A stretch of 63,659 nucleotides of DNA from Alphaproteobacteria bacterium (lineage in GTDB: Bacteria > Pseudomonadota > Alphaproteobacteria > GCA-2731375): assembly GCA_030746635.1 (NCBI GenBank), contig JASLMH010000003.1, positions 1 to 63,659 of the forward strand. Direction: 5' to 3'. Every line of letters begins with the position of its first letter. Position 1 is the stretch's first letter. Positions 50,217 through 59,299 of the stretch are shown here, one piece after another. Both the position numbers and the translations under genes were made by a program. The notes below the pieces were generated by a model. It was given only the letters and a program-made list of their open reading frames with translations. It did not search any database and was not told the origin of the DNA.

Positions 50217-52580
50217 GTGGCTTCATTCGCTGCCGAATTGGAACAAAGCCTGCATCGGGCGCTGCGTTGCGCCAACGATCGCCGGCATGAATACGCCACC
50301 CTCGAGCATCTGTTGCTCGCCCTGTGCGACGACAACGATGCCCGGGCGGTGCTGCGTGCCTGCAACGTCGATATCGATCAGCTGCGCCAGCAGCTTACCG
50401 GCTACCTCGACGACGATCTCTCCAGCCTGGCCGGCGAGGGCGAGGAGGACGCGAAACCGACGGCCGGTTTTCAACGGGTGATCCAACGCGCCGTCTACCA
50501 CGTCCAGTCATCGGGCCGTGACGAGGTGACCGGCGCCAACGTCCTGGTGGCGATCTTCGCCGAACGCGAAAGCCACGCGGTGTTTTTCCTGCAGGAGCAG
50601 GACATGACCCGGCTGGACGCGGTCAGCTACATCTCGCACGGCGTCGCCAAGACGCCCGGCATGAGCGAGCAACGCACGGTGCACGGGGCGGAGGAGGACG
50701 AAGAGGAAAAGGTGGTCAAGAGCGGCGGCGAGGCGCTGTCCGGCTATTGCATCGACCTGAATGAAAAGGCCCGTAACGGACGGGTCGACCCGGTGATCGG
50801 ACGCGAGGAGGAACTGGAGCGGACGATCCAGATCCTTTGCCGCCGGCAGAAGAACAATCCCTTGTTCGTCGGCGACCCGGGCGTCGGCAAGACCGCGATC
50901 GCCGAGGGCTTGGCCCGGCGGATCGTCTTGGGCGAGGTGCCGGAAGTGCTGCGCGGCACCACCATCTATGCCTTGGACATGGGCGCCTTGCTGGCCGGCA
51001 CCCGGTACCGCGGCGATTTCGAGGAACGGCTCAAGGCGGTGATCCAGGAACTGGAGAACCACGAGGACGCCATTCTGTTCATCGACGAGATCCACACGGT
51101 GATCGGCGCCGGCGCCACCTCGGGCGGGGCGATGGACGCCTCCAACATGCTGAAGCCGGCGCTGGCCAGCGGCACCATCCGCTGCATGGGTTCGACCACC
51201 TACAAGGAATATCGCAGCTATATCGAAAAGGACCGGGCGCTGCTGCGGCGGTTCCAGAAGATCGACATCAACGAGCCGTCGGTGGCGGACTCGGTGAAGA
51301 TCCTCAAGGGCTTGAAACCCTATTTCGAGGACTACCACCGGATCCGTTACACCAACGAGGCGATCCGGGCGGCGGTCGAGTTGTCGGCGAAATACATCAA
51401 CGACCGCAAGCTGCCGGACAAGGCGATCGACGTGATCGACGAAGTCGGGGCGGCGCAGATGCTGCTGCCGGAACGGCGGCGCAAGAAAACCATCGGCGTG
51501 CGCGACATCGAAAACGTGGTCGCGAAGATCGCCCGAATCCCGCCGAAATCGGTTTCCAAGGATGACCGCGCCAGCCTGCTGAACCTCGACGGCGAACTGA
51601 AGGGGGTCGTGTTCGGTCAGGAATTCGCCATCGACGCCTTGGCCACCGCGCTGAAGATGTCGCGGGCCGGCCTGCGCGAGCCGGAGAAGCCGATCGGCAG
51701 CTATCTGTTTTCCGGCCCGACCGGCGTCGGCAAGACCGAGGTGGCCCGGCAACTGGCCCGCATCATGGGCATGGAACTGGTCCGTTTCGACATGTCCGAG
51801 TACATGGAGCGCCATACCGTCAGCCGCTTGATCGGCGCGCCGCCGGGTTATGTCGGTTTCGATCAGGGCGGCCTGCTGACCGACGCCATCGATCAGCACC
51901 CCCATGCCGTGTTGTTGTTGGACGAGGTGGAAAAGGCCCACCCGGACCTGTTCAACATCCTGTTGCAGATCATGGATTACGGCAAGCTAACCGACCACAA
52001 CGGCAAGCATGTGGATTTCCGCAACGTGGTGTTGATCATGACCACCAACGCCGGGGCCTCGGAAATGTCGAAAATGGCGATCGGTTTCGGCCGCGAGAAC
52101 CGTGCCGACGCCGACGCCGAGGCGATCGACCGGCTGTTCACGCCGGAATTCCGCAACCGCCTGGACGCCATCATTCCCTTCGCCGCCCTGCCGACCGAGG
52201 TCATCGCCCTGGTGGTCGACAAATTCGTCCGCGAACTGGGCGATCAACTGGGCGAGCGCAAGGTGTCGATCGAATTGACCGAAGGCGCGCGGGACTGGCT
52301 GGTGACCAAGGGATATGACCGGCTTTACGGCGCCCGTCCGTTGGGCCGCGTGATCCAGGAGAAGGTCAAGAAACCGCTGGCCGACGAATTGCTGTTCGGC
52401 AAACTGGCCAAGGGCGGCCGGGTGCTGGTCGACGAAAAGGACGGTCGCCTGACCTTTGTCTTCCAGCCCATCGAAGCCGGACGCGGCCGCCGCGGCAAGG
52501 GCGAGGGCGGCGGCGGTGATCAAGGCGGATCGGGGCCGGCGCGGCCGAGCCAGGACAAGATCCCGGAATTGGCGAACTAA
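50217..52580 (+). CDS. clpA: ATP-dependent Clp protease ATP-binding subunit ClpA
   Basis: [10 protein letters not shown]; two Walker A motifs ([16 protein letters not shown]); [11 protein letters not shown]. Confidence 0.97.
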   Translation: MASFAAELEQSLHRALRCANDRRHEYATLEHLLLALCDDNDARAVLRACNVDIDQLRQQLTGYLDDDLSSLAGEGEEDAKPTAGFQRVIQRAVYHVQSSGRDEVTGANVLVAIFAERESHAVFFLQEQDMTRLDAVSYISHGVAKTPGMSEQRTVHGAEEDEEEKVVKSGGEALSGYCIDLNEKARNGRVDPVIGREEELERTIQILCRRQKNNPLFVGDPGVGKTAIAEGLARRIVLGEVPEVLRGTTIYALDMGALLAGTRYRGDFEERLKAVIQELENHEDAILFIDEIHTVIGAGATSGGAMDASNMLKPALASGTIRCMGSTTYKEYRSYIEKDRALLRRFQKIDINEPSVADSVKILKGLKPYFEDYHRIRYTNEAIRAAVELSAKYINDRKLPDKAIDVIDEVGAAQMLLPERRRKKTIGVRDIENVVAKIARIPPKSVSKDDRASLLNLDGELKGVVFGQEFAIDALATALKMSRAGLREPEKPIGSYLFSGPTGVGKTEVARQLARIMGMELVRFDMSEYMERHTVSRLIGAPPGYVGFDQGGLLTDAIDQHPHAVLLLDEVEKAHPDLFNILLQIMDYGKLTDHNGKHVDFRNVVLIMTTNAGASEMSKMAIGFGRENRADADAEAIDRLFTPEFRNRLDAIIPFAALPTEVIALVVDKFVRELGDQLGERKVSIELTEGARDWLVTKGYDRLYGARPLGRVIQEKVKKPLADELLFGKLAKGGRVLVDEKDGRLTFVFQPIEAGRGRRGKGEGGGGDQGGSGPARPSQDKIPELAN

Positions 52581-52620
52581 TACGCGACACCGCGTCCAGG
52601 ACCGGTAACACCCAGGCCGT

Positions 52621-53874
52621 CTACTGCACCATTCGCGTGCGGATGGTGCTTGGCAGTTTCTGAATTTGCCTCAGCAGAGCCCCGGCGTCGTTGACGCGGG
52701 CATCCGCCTCCATGACCGCATAGCCGATATCGTTGTCGGTCTGGTAGTGCTGCGAGGCGATGTTGACCTCATGCTCGGCGAAGATGGCATTCAGTCGACC
52801 AAGCTCGCCGGGCAGGTTCCTTTGCACCTGGATGAAACGCGTGCCGGCGGCACCCGACGAAAGCTGAACCTGCGGGAAGTTCACCGCGCCCACAGTCGAA
52901 CCGACGTCGGAATATTCGACAAGCTTGCGGGACACTTCCTCGCCAATACGATCCTGTGCCTCGCAGGTCGAGCCACCGATATGCGGGGTCAGTATGACGT
53001 TGTCCAGACCCTGCAATGGCGAGAGGAAACGCTCGCCACCGGATGACGGCTCCACCGGAAAGACGTCGATGGCCGCGCCCCCGAGATTGGAATCGCGCAA
53101 GGCGGCCGCCAGTGCATCCAGGTCAACGACGTTGCCGCGGGCGTTGTTGATCAGGAAAGCCCCCGGTTTCATCAGGGCGATTTCACGCGCTCCGATCATG
53201 TTTCGGGTCTCGGGGGTCTGGGGCACGTGTAGCGACACGACGTTGCTGATCGCCAGCAGTTCGTCGAGGCCGGCCATCGGGGCAACATTGCCGTGGCGCA
53301 GCTTGTCGGCCGGATCGAAATACACGACCCTCATGCTGAGCGATTCCGCCAGCATCGCCAATTGGCTTCCGATGTTGCCATAGCCGACGATGCCGAGAAC
53401 CTTGCCCCGGACTTCGTTGCTGCCGATGGCGGACTTGTGCCAGGCGCCGGCGTGGGCCGCGATTGCCCGCGGGAATATACGCCGAGACAGCATGACAATT
53501 TCCGCGATCGTCAGTTCCGCCACACTGCGGGTGTTCGAGAAGGGCGCATTGAACACCGGAATGCCGGTTTGACGGGCCGCCTCGAGCGCCACTTGGTTGG
53601 TGCCAACCGAAAAGCAGCCAATCGCGGTCAGACTTCCACAGTTTTGAATGACCCGATCGGTGATTTGTGTGCGGGAACGAATGCCAAGGATGTCGGTTTC
53701 CGGCAGCGCGTCGATCAGTTCGTTCTCGGCCAGCGCGCCTGATTGTTGCTCCACGCTGTAGTGGCCGGCTTCGGCGAACACGGTGCTGGCCGTCTCGGCG
53801 ATACCTTCCAGCAGCAGCACCCGAACTTCGTCTTTTGGACAATGCATCGCATCGGGATGTGCATCGGGCATCAT
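52621..53874 (-). CDS. serA: D-3-phosphoglycerate dehydrogenase, E. coli-type with ACT domain
   Basis: GIRSRT, NAPFSNTRSVAEL, GYGNIG, LTPHIGGST, AVNFPQV, C-terminal ACT; start 53874, 53871 or slightly later. Confidence 0.92.
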   Translation of the reverse strand: MMPDAHPDAMHCPKDEVRVLLLEGIAETASTVFAEAGHYSVEQQSGALAENELIDALPETDILGIRSRTQITDRVIQNCGSLTAIGCFSVGTNQVALEAARQTGIPVFNAPFSNTRSVAELTIAEIVMLSRRIFPRAIAAHAGAWHKSAIGSNEVRGKVLGIVGYGNIGSQLAMLAESLSMRVVYFDPADKLRHGNVAPMAGLDELLAISNVVSLHVPQTPETRNMIGAREIALMKPGAFLINNARGNVVDLDALAAALRDSNLGGAAIDVFPVEPSSGGERFLSPLQGLDNVILTPHIGGSTCEAQDRIGEEVSRKLVEYSDVGSTVGAVNFPQVQLSSGAAGTRFIQVQRNLPGELGRLNAIFAEHEVNIASQHYQTDNDIGYAVMEADARVNDAGALLRQIQKLPSTIRTRMVQ

Positions 53875-53979
53875 TGTCCATCCTTGATTGCAAAAAATTC
53901 TGCCGGCCTGCGGTTTGCCGCAACGGGTAAAACCGCGCGAGGTTCGGCAGCGGCGACAGTGTATGGGAGACATTAAAAA

Positions 53980-54576
53980 TTGGTTGATTGCAGGAAATAC
54001 AGCCCACAACACCGCTTCATGGTGGCCGTGGCGGTACCGGTGATCATAACCTTCCTGGTGGCCGGGGCCTGGCATGGCGCCGGCTGGACGTTCCTCGTCT
54101 TCGGCCTGATTCACGGCATCGCCATGGCCGTCAACCATGGCTGGAACCAGGCCCGGATGCCACAGTTGCCGTCCGGACTTGGCTGGCTGCTGACCATGTT
54201 GGTGGTGGTCGTGGGTCTGGTCGTGTTCCGGGCCAGCGACCTGACGACCGCCTTGACGATGCTGCTGGCCATGGCGACGCCGGATCTCGCCAGCAATGGC
54301 TGGATCTACGCCGCGAACATGACGAACATCGACTATGCCGATGCGATCGGCCTGATTTCCGTACTTTTCGCGATCGTCATGATGCTGCCGAACACCCAGC
54401 AAGTCTTCTACAAGCACGAAATCAGTTCCGACTCGTCCGACCAGGAGGAACTGAGCCTGTCTCGCTGGCTGATGTGGCGTCCCTCGCCCCGCTGGGCGCT
54501 GACTGCGGCCATGGTGCTGGCGGTCGGCCTGAGCCTGGCGACCGGCGACACGGCCTTCATCTACTACCAATTCTGA
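53980..54576 (+). pseudogene. C-terminal part of an AlgI/DltB-type MBOAT acyltransferase
   Basis: ITFLVAGAWHGAGWTFLVFGLIHG, VVFRA, LPNTQQ, terminal FIYYQF; in-frame TAA at 53974 and no N-terminal MBOAT half. Confidence 0.8.
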
Positions 54577-54595
54577 GCGTCAAAGGAATAGATAA

Positions 54596-55789
54596 ATGAC
54601 CATCGTTATAGATCTTCCGCGCAACATCGCGCCGGCGCTGGCTTCGGAAATCGAAAAGGAGTCGGCTTTCGTGTCGCCCTACCTGGAGCGGCTGAAGGTG
54701 GCGTCCGAGATGGACAGCGTCGCGGTCGAACTATCCGATCCCAGCCAGGAAACAGTCGTCCGCGAGAAGCTGGACCGCTTCCTCGGGCTGATGCTGCGTG
54801 AATTGCCGGATTTCGAGACCAAGACCTTCATCCACACGGAACGCCGGGACACCGCCGACTTCGAGACGGACGTGCATCGGAAAATGGTGGAACGAGGCTG
54901 GATCCACGACTACGGCCGCGGCCGTGCCGCGCTGAATGGTCCCGCCCTGGCGCTGCTGCATTACATCGATCGCACGGCGACCGCTCTCTACCACAAGGAG
55001 TTCGCGGGCGCGGTCGAGCGTGATTTCCCGGCCCTGGTGGACGCCGATCTGTTGTGGCGCTGCGGCTATTTCGATTCCCACCCCAACGCCGTGTGCTTCG
55101 TCGGCCATGTCGTCGAGGATTTCGATGCCATCGAGGATTTCCGGATCGCCAACGCCGACGCCGAAGTTGTGCAGATGCCGCCGACCGAACATATCCACAT
55201 GCCGGGCATGTGCCTGAATCCGGCCGCGTGTTTCCCCTGCTATCCGACCATGACCGGTGAGGATATCGAAGCCGAGGGACGAATCATGACCTGGAAGGGG
55301 CGGGTGTTCCGGTTCGAATCGCGGAACGTCTCCGGGCTTGACCGGCTCTGGGAGTTCAACGTGCGCGAACTGGTTTTCGCCGGCTCGGATACCTTCACCG
55401 CCGACGGCCGCCGACGAACCCTGCCATTGATCGAGGAGCTGGCCGGTCGCCTCGACCTGGAATGCGTGGTCGAAACCGCGGCCGATCCGTTCTTCGCGAC
55501 GATCTCGGCGGCCAAGAGCTTTTGGCAGCTGGCACAGGAAGTGAAGAACGAGATCCTGCTGCCGCTGGGCCCCTGGTCGGATGGGTCCATGAAGCGGATG
55601 GCCTGCGGCTCGCTCAACTTGCACGGCAACTTCTTCGGCGATCGCTTCGACTTCAAGGCCGGCGGCGAGAGCGGCTTTACCGCCTGCGTCGGGCTTGGTC
55701 TCGAACGCTGGGTGCTGGCTGCCTTCACGCAGCATGGCTTCGATCCGGGGCGTTGGCCAAGCAACGTCCGCAAGGAAATTTTTGGCTGA
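54596..55789 (+). CDS. Class II aaRS-like amino acid:[carrier protein] ligase (SerRS homolog)
   Basis: GYFDSHP, LNPAACFPCYP, motif 2 FRFE...RLWEFNVRE, AADPFF, SLNLHGNFFG, motif 3 ACVGLGLERW; AAGGA RBS; ACP gene directly downstream. Confidence 0.78.
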   Translation: MTIVIDLPRNIAPALASEIEKESAFVSPYLERLKVASEMDSVAVELSDPSQETVVREKLDRFLGLMLRELPDFETKTFIHTERRDTADFETDVHRKMVERGWIHDYGRGRAALNGPALALLHYIDRTATALYHKEFAGAVERDFPALVDADLLWRCGYFDSHPNAVCFVGHVVEDFDAIEDFRIANADAEVVQMPPTEHIHMPGMCLNPAACFPCYPTMTGEDIEAEGRIMTWKGRVFRFESRNVSGLDRLWEFNVRELVFAGSDTFTADGRRRTLPLIEELAGRLDLECVVETAADPFFATISAAKSFWQLAQEVKNEILLPLGPWSDGSMKRMACGSLNLHGNFFGDRFDFKAGGESGFTACVGLGLERWVLAAFTQHGFDPGRWPSNVRKEIFG

Positions 55790-55845
55790 GAAGTTGACCA
55801 AGTGGCATCACCAACCCTGTTGCTGGTTAGGAATGGAGGGTAACA

Positions 55846-56076
55846 ATGACTGATCTGCACGAAGTGGCGTCCGAGGTCCTGAAGGTTCCCGTGGGTGAGC
55901 TCTCTGATGACAGCAGCCCCAAGAACCTGAAGGCCTGGGACAGCCTGAAACACATCGAACTCATGATGGCGATCGAGACGAACTACGGCATGCAGTTCGC
56001 GCCCTCGGAGATCATGATGATCAACTCGCTGGGCAGCGCCCGGGCGATGCTGCAGGAGAAGGGCATCACCGTTTGA
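55846..56076 (+). CDS. Acyl/aminoacyl carrier protein
   Basis: 76 aa, acidic; WDSLKHIELM phosphopantetheinylation motif; GGAGG RBS. Confidence 0.9.
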   Translation: MTDLHEVASEVLKVPVGELSDDSSPKNLKAWDSLKHIELMMAIETNYGMQFAPSEIMMINSLGSARAMLQEKGITV

Positions 56077-56303
56077 TCGGCGCCCCGATCCCCGATCGGA
56101 CAAGACCTCGACCGCCGATGACGCACTCACGGCGGCGAGGCGCCGACGCGCCATCGCCATATTGTTCGGCGCTGGCGGCACGAACCCGCGCGCGAGCGCC
56201 GGCGCGCCGCTCATATCCAATTACCGGCGCGATCGACTCCAACTCCTAAAAGTCGGTCTTGCCGACGCCGCCATCGGTCGATGGTGCGCCACCTCCGGCA
56301 GGC

Positions 56304-57482
56304 TCAAGCGTCTTCCAGGGTCGCGTAATATTCGCGCAGCACCTCGATCACTTCCGGCCGGCTGAACTGGGTCGGGATCGCTTCGCCGGCCGACAGCATC
56401 TCCCGTTGCCGGGTGCCCGAAATGGTCAGGCGGTCGGCCTCGTCGTGCGGGCAGGTCTTGGCCGTGGCCATGCCGTCGCAGGCCGAGCAGAAGAAGGTAA
56501 TGTCGATCTTCAACGGCCGGGTCAGCAAGGCGCCGGGCCACAATTCGTCGAAGATGTGCTGGGCGTCCAACGGCCCGTAATAGTCGCCGACGCCGGCATG
56601 ATCGCGGCCGACGATCAGGTGCGAACAGCCGAAGTTCTGGCGGATCAGGGCGTGCAGCAGGGCTTCGCGCGGGCCGGCGTAGCGCATCTCGATCGGGTAG
56701 CCCGCCTGGATCACGGTGCCGGGGACGAAATAGTTGTCGATCATCGCCTGGATCGCCCGGGCCCGCACATCGGCCGGGATGTCGCCCGGCTTCAGGGCGC
56801 CCAAAACCTGATGCACGAACACCCCGTCGGTGATCTCCACGGCGATCTTGGCCAGGTATTCGTGGCTACGGTGCATCGGGTTGCGGGTCTGAAAGGCGGC
56901 GACCTCCGACCAGCCCTTGTCGGCAAACGCGGCCCGGGCTTCCACCGGACGCAAAAACAGATCGGGGAAGCTGTCTGGGAAATGCCCCTCCGACAGCGCC
57001 TCGACCGGACCGGCCAGGTTGATGGCGCCCTGGGCCATCACCTTCTGCACCCCCGGATGCTCGGCGTCGGTGGTGCGGAAGACCTCGGCGCATTCCATCT
57101 CCCGGTCGATGGCGTATTTCTCCTCGACCCGCAGGATGCCGAGGACATCGCCCCCCTCGCCGTCGACCAGGGCCACTTGCTCGCCCTGGCCGATGCCATC
57201 GGCCAGATCGCGATCCACCGACAGGGTGATCGGGATCGGCCAGAAAGTGCCGCTGCCGAGGCGCATCTCCCGGCAGACGCCGAACCAATCATCGCGGCCC
57301 ATGAAACCGGCCAAGGGCGTATAGGCGCCCATGGCTAGCATGATCAGGTCCGAGACCTCGCGCGTGGACAGCGGCACCTGGGTCAGGGTCCTGGCCCGGG
57401 CCCGCGCCTCGGCCCGCTCGGCCTCGGGCGGCAGCAATGGCATCAGGGCCTCGGAACCGTGCGGCGGCACCAGCTTCGACAT
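56304..57482 (-). CDS. sat: Sulfate adenylyltransferase (ATP sulfurylase)
   Basis: [42 protein letters not shown]; GGAGG RBS. Confidence 0.95.
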   Translation of the reverse strand: MSKLVPPHGSEALMPLLPPEAERAEARARARTLTQVPLSTREVSDLIMLAMGAYTPLAGFMGRDDWFGVCREMRLGSGTFWPIPITLSVDRDLADGIGQGEQVALVDGEGGDVLGILRVEEKYAIDREMECAEVFRTTDAEHPGVQKVMAQGAINLAGPVEALSEGHFPDSFPDLFLRPVEARAAFADKGWSEVAAFQTRNPMHRSHEYLAKIAVEITDGVFVHQVLGALKPGDIPADVRARAIQAMIDNYFVPGTVIQAGYPIEMRYAGPREALLHALIRQNFGCSHLIVGRDHAGVGDYYGPLDAQHIFDELWPGALLTRPLKIDITFFCSACDGMATAKTCPHDEADRLTISGTRQREMLSAGEAIPTQFSRPEVIEVLREYYATLEDA

Positions 57483-57603
57483 CGCGTCCTCCTCCTCAAA
57501 TCCGCCGCCGATCCAGCACCGATCGGTCGGCCCGCGGTTGTTCCCCGGCGGCCGCCTGCTCGAAGGCGGCACTTGGCCAAGGCAGTTGCCTCATCGCGTA
57601 ACG

Positions 57604-59163
57604 TTAACCGCGCAATGCCTCCGACAGTTTCCGTGCTTTGGCCAATTGGTCCAAAGCCAGTTCGTAATACTGCGCATGACTGGCCTGCTGAAACAGCTCC
57701 GTGGCCGCTTCGAGTTCGGATACCGCCTGCTCGGCGGTTCCGGCATCCTGGGTCCATTCCGCCAGGGTGCGGCGCGCAACGCCCGCGTTGGCAACGGTCA
57801 TGGCCCAGTTGATGGGCGCGCGTTCGCGGGTCCATTCCTCGAGCGCGCTTTCGAAAGCGGCGACCGCTTCCGCCAAAATCCGGGGTTCCGCTTGGCGTTC
57901 CGCGAGCTTCTGCAGAGCTGCGCCCAGGTTGTTCTGGGTCATTGCCCAGTCCTGCGGCAGCCGCTCCCGGGTCCGCTCGGCGAGCGCGCTGCGAAAGGCG
58001 CCAACCGACCCTTCCAGCGTTCTCGGGCCCTTGCGATACGCGCCGAGGGCTTGCATGGCGGTGCCGAGATTGTTCATCGTCATGGCCCAGTCCAGCGGCG
58101 CTTGCGCGCGGGTCCAGACGTTCAACACCTCCTTGTAGGCGTCGACGGAGCGTTTCAGGATCCTCGCATCCTTGTTGCGTTGTCCCAGGGAGAACAGGGC
58201 CGCACCGAGATTGTTTTGTGTGGTGGCGAAATCCAGAGACGTTTCGTCCTGGCGACGCACCTCGAGGGCACTTTCGAAAGCCGCCACGGCCTTCTCCAGC
58301 AGATCGACGTCGCCCTGGCGCTGGGCGAGGATGCCAAGGGCGTTGCCGAGGTTGTTCTGCGTCTCCGCCCAGTCCCGCGGCGCACGTTCCCGGCTGCGTT
58401 CCCGCAGGGCGCATTGAAACGCCTCGACCGCCCGTTCCAACATCCAAGGGCCGCGCTGGCGCTGGCCGAGAAGGCCCAAGGTTCGCCCCAAGCTGTTCTG
58501 GGTCGCCGCCCAGTCGTCGGGCCGTTCGCCTTGCGGCGCAAGGTCGAGGAGCTTGTTCTCGTATAGATCGATCGCCTCCTCGAGCGCGGCGCCGTCACCG
58601 AACTCCCGGCCGAGGTCTTCAAGAACGGCCGCGCGATCGCTTTGGTAGCGCCATTGCAACGCGGGGGGCAGTTCCGGCGTATCCGCGGCCAAGGCATAGA
58701 TCTCCGCCGCGCGCCGGTAGTCCTGCCGAAGCGCGGCAATTCCGGCTTGTACGCCGCACAATGCGGCGATGACATCGCTTGCTTCGGCATGTTCGATACC
58801 GCCTGTGCAAGCGGCCTCGATGTCTTCCGAAGCGCTTTCGGGGGAAAAGGCCGCACCGGGCTGCAAAACGCTTTGCACGCGCTCGATCATCGCGGCCAGT
58901 TCCGGATTCCGGGGTGCCGGGATCGTGCCATCGGCAAGCAGGTCCCGCTGTTTCTGCAGCCGGATATGGGCTTGCTTCAGGAGACCCGGAACCTGCCTGC
59001 GCGGGACCCGCTTGTTGTGAATGAAGCGAAGCAGATGCGCCAGGTCCGAGGCATCCGCACCGAGGTTCTTGCACGCAGCCTCAAGTTCGGGTGCATAGAC
59101 GGCCGCTGGGTCGGCGGGCTTCTCCGGCGGTTCGGTATGGCTTGCCGGTTCAGCCGGATTCAT
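57604..59163 (-). CDS. TPR-like protein with 47-aa tandem repeats
   Basis: About six repeats of P-x-DWA-x-TQNNLG-x-AL...A-V-x-AF-x-x-AL; AAGGAG RBS. Confidence 0.85.
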   Translation of the reverse strand: MNPAEPASHTEPPEKPADPAAVYAPELEAACKNLGADASDLAHLLRFIHNKRVPRRQVPGLLKQAHIRLQKQRDLLADGTIPAPRNPELAAMIERVQSVLQPGAAFSPESASEDIEAACTGGIEHAEASDVIAALCGVQAGIAALRQDYRRAAEIYALAADTPELPPALQWRYQSDRAAVLEDLGREFGDGAALEEAIDLYENKLLDLAPQGERPDDWAATQNSLGRTLGLLGQRQRGPWMLERAVEAFQCALRERSRERAPRDWAETQNNLGNALGILAQRQGDVDLLEKAVAAFESALEVRRQDETSLDFATTQNNLGAALFSLGQRNKDARILKRSVDAYKEVLNVWTRAQAPLDWAMTMNNLGTAMQALGAYRKGPRTLEGSVGAFRSALAERTRERLPQDWAMTQNNLGAALQKLAERQAEPRILAEAVAAFESALEEWTRERAPINWAMTVANAGVARRTLAEWTQDAGTAEQAVSELEAATELFQQASHAQYYELALDQLAKARKLSEALRG

Positions 59164-59242
59164 GGGGATCACTCCTTGCTTCCGGTACATGGGATGGCGG
59201 ATCGAAGCCTAGCCGAGCGCGCGGACGGGGACCATAAAGCAG

Positions 59243-59271
59243 ACGTCACCCCGGGCCGTTCGGGGTGACGT
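59243..59271 (-). terminator. Hairpin downstream of aprA
   Basis: ACGTCACCCCG-N7-CGGGGTGACGT; weak U-tail. Confidence 0.55.
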
Positions 59272-59299
59272 TATGCGGCGACCCGGATGTCTCCCGGCG

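Noticed and set aside
54596-55789. Housekeeping seryl-tRNA synthetase (serS)
   Set aside because: Lacks the bacterial SerRS N-terminal coiled-coil and TAE/TSE motif, has the Zn-type Cys/Glu/Cys pattern, and sits beside an ACP.
57604-58560. Periodic DNA similarity suggesting a repeat array
   Set aside because: Explained by the 47-codon protein repeats; there is no repeat-spacer structure and no cas gene.
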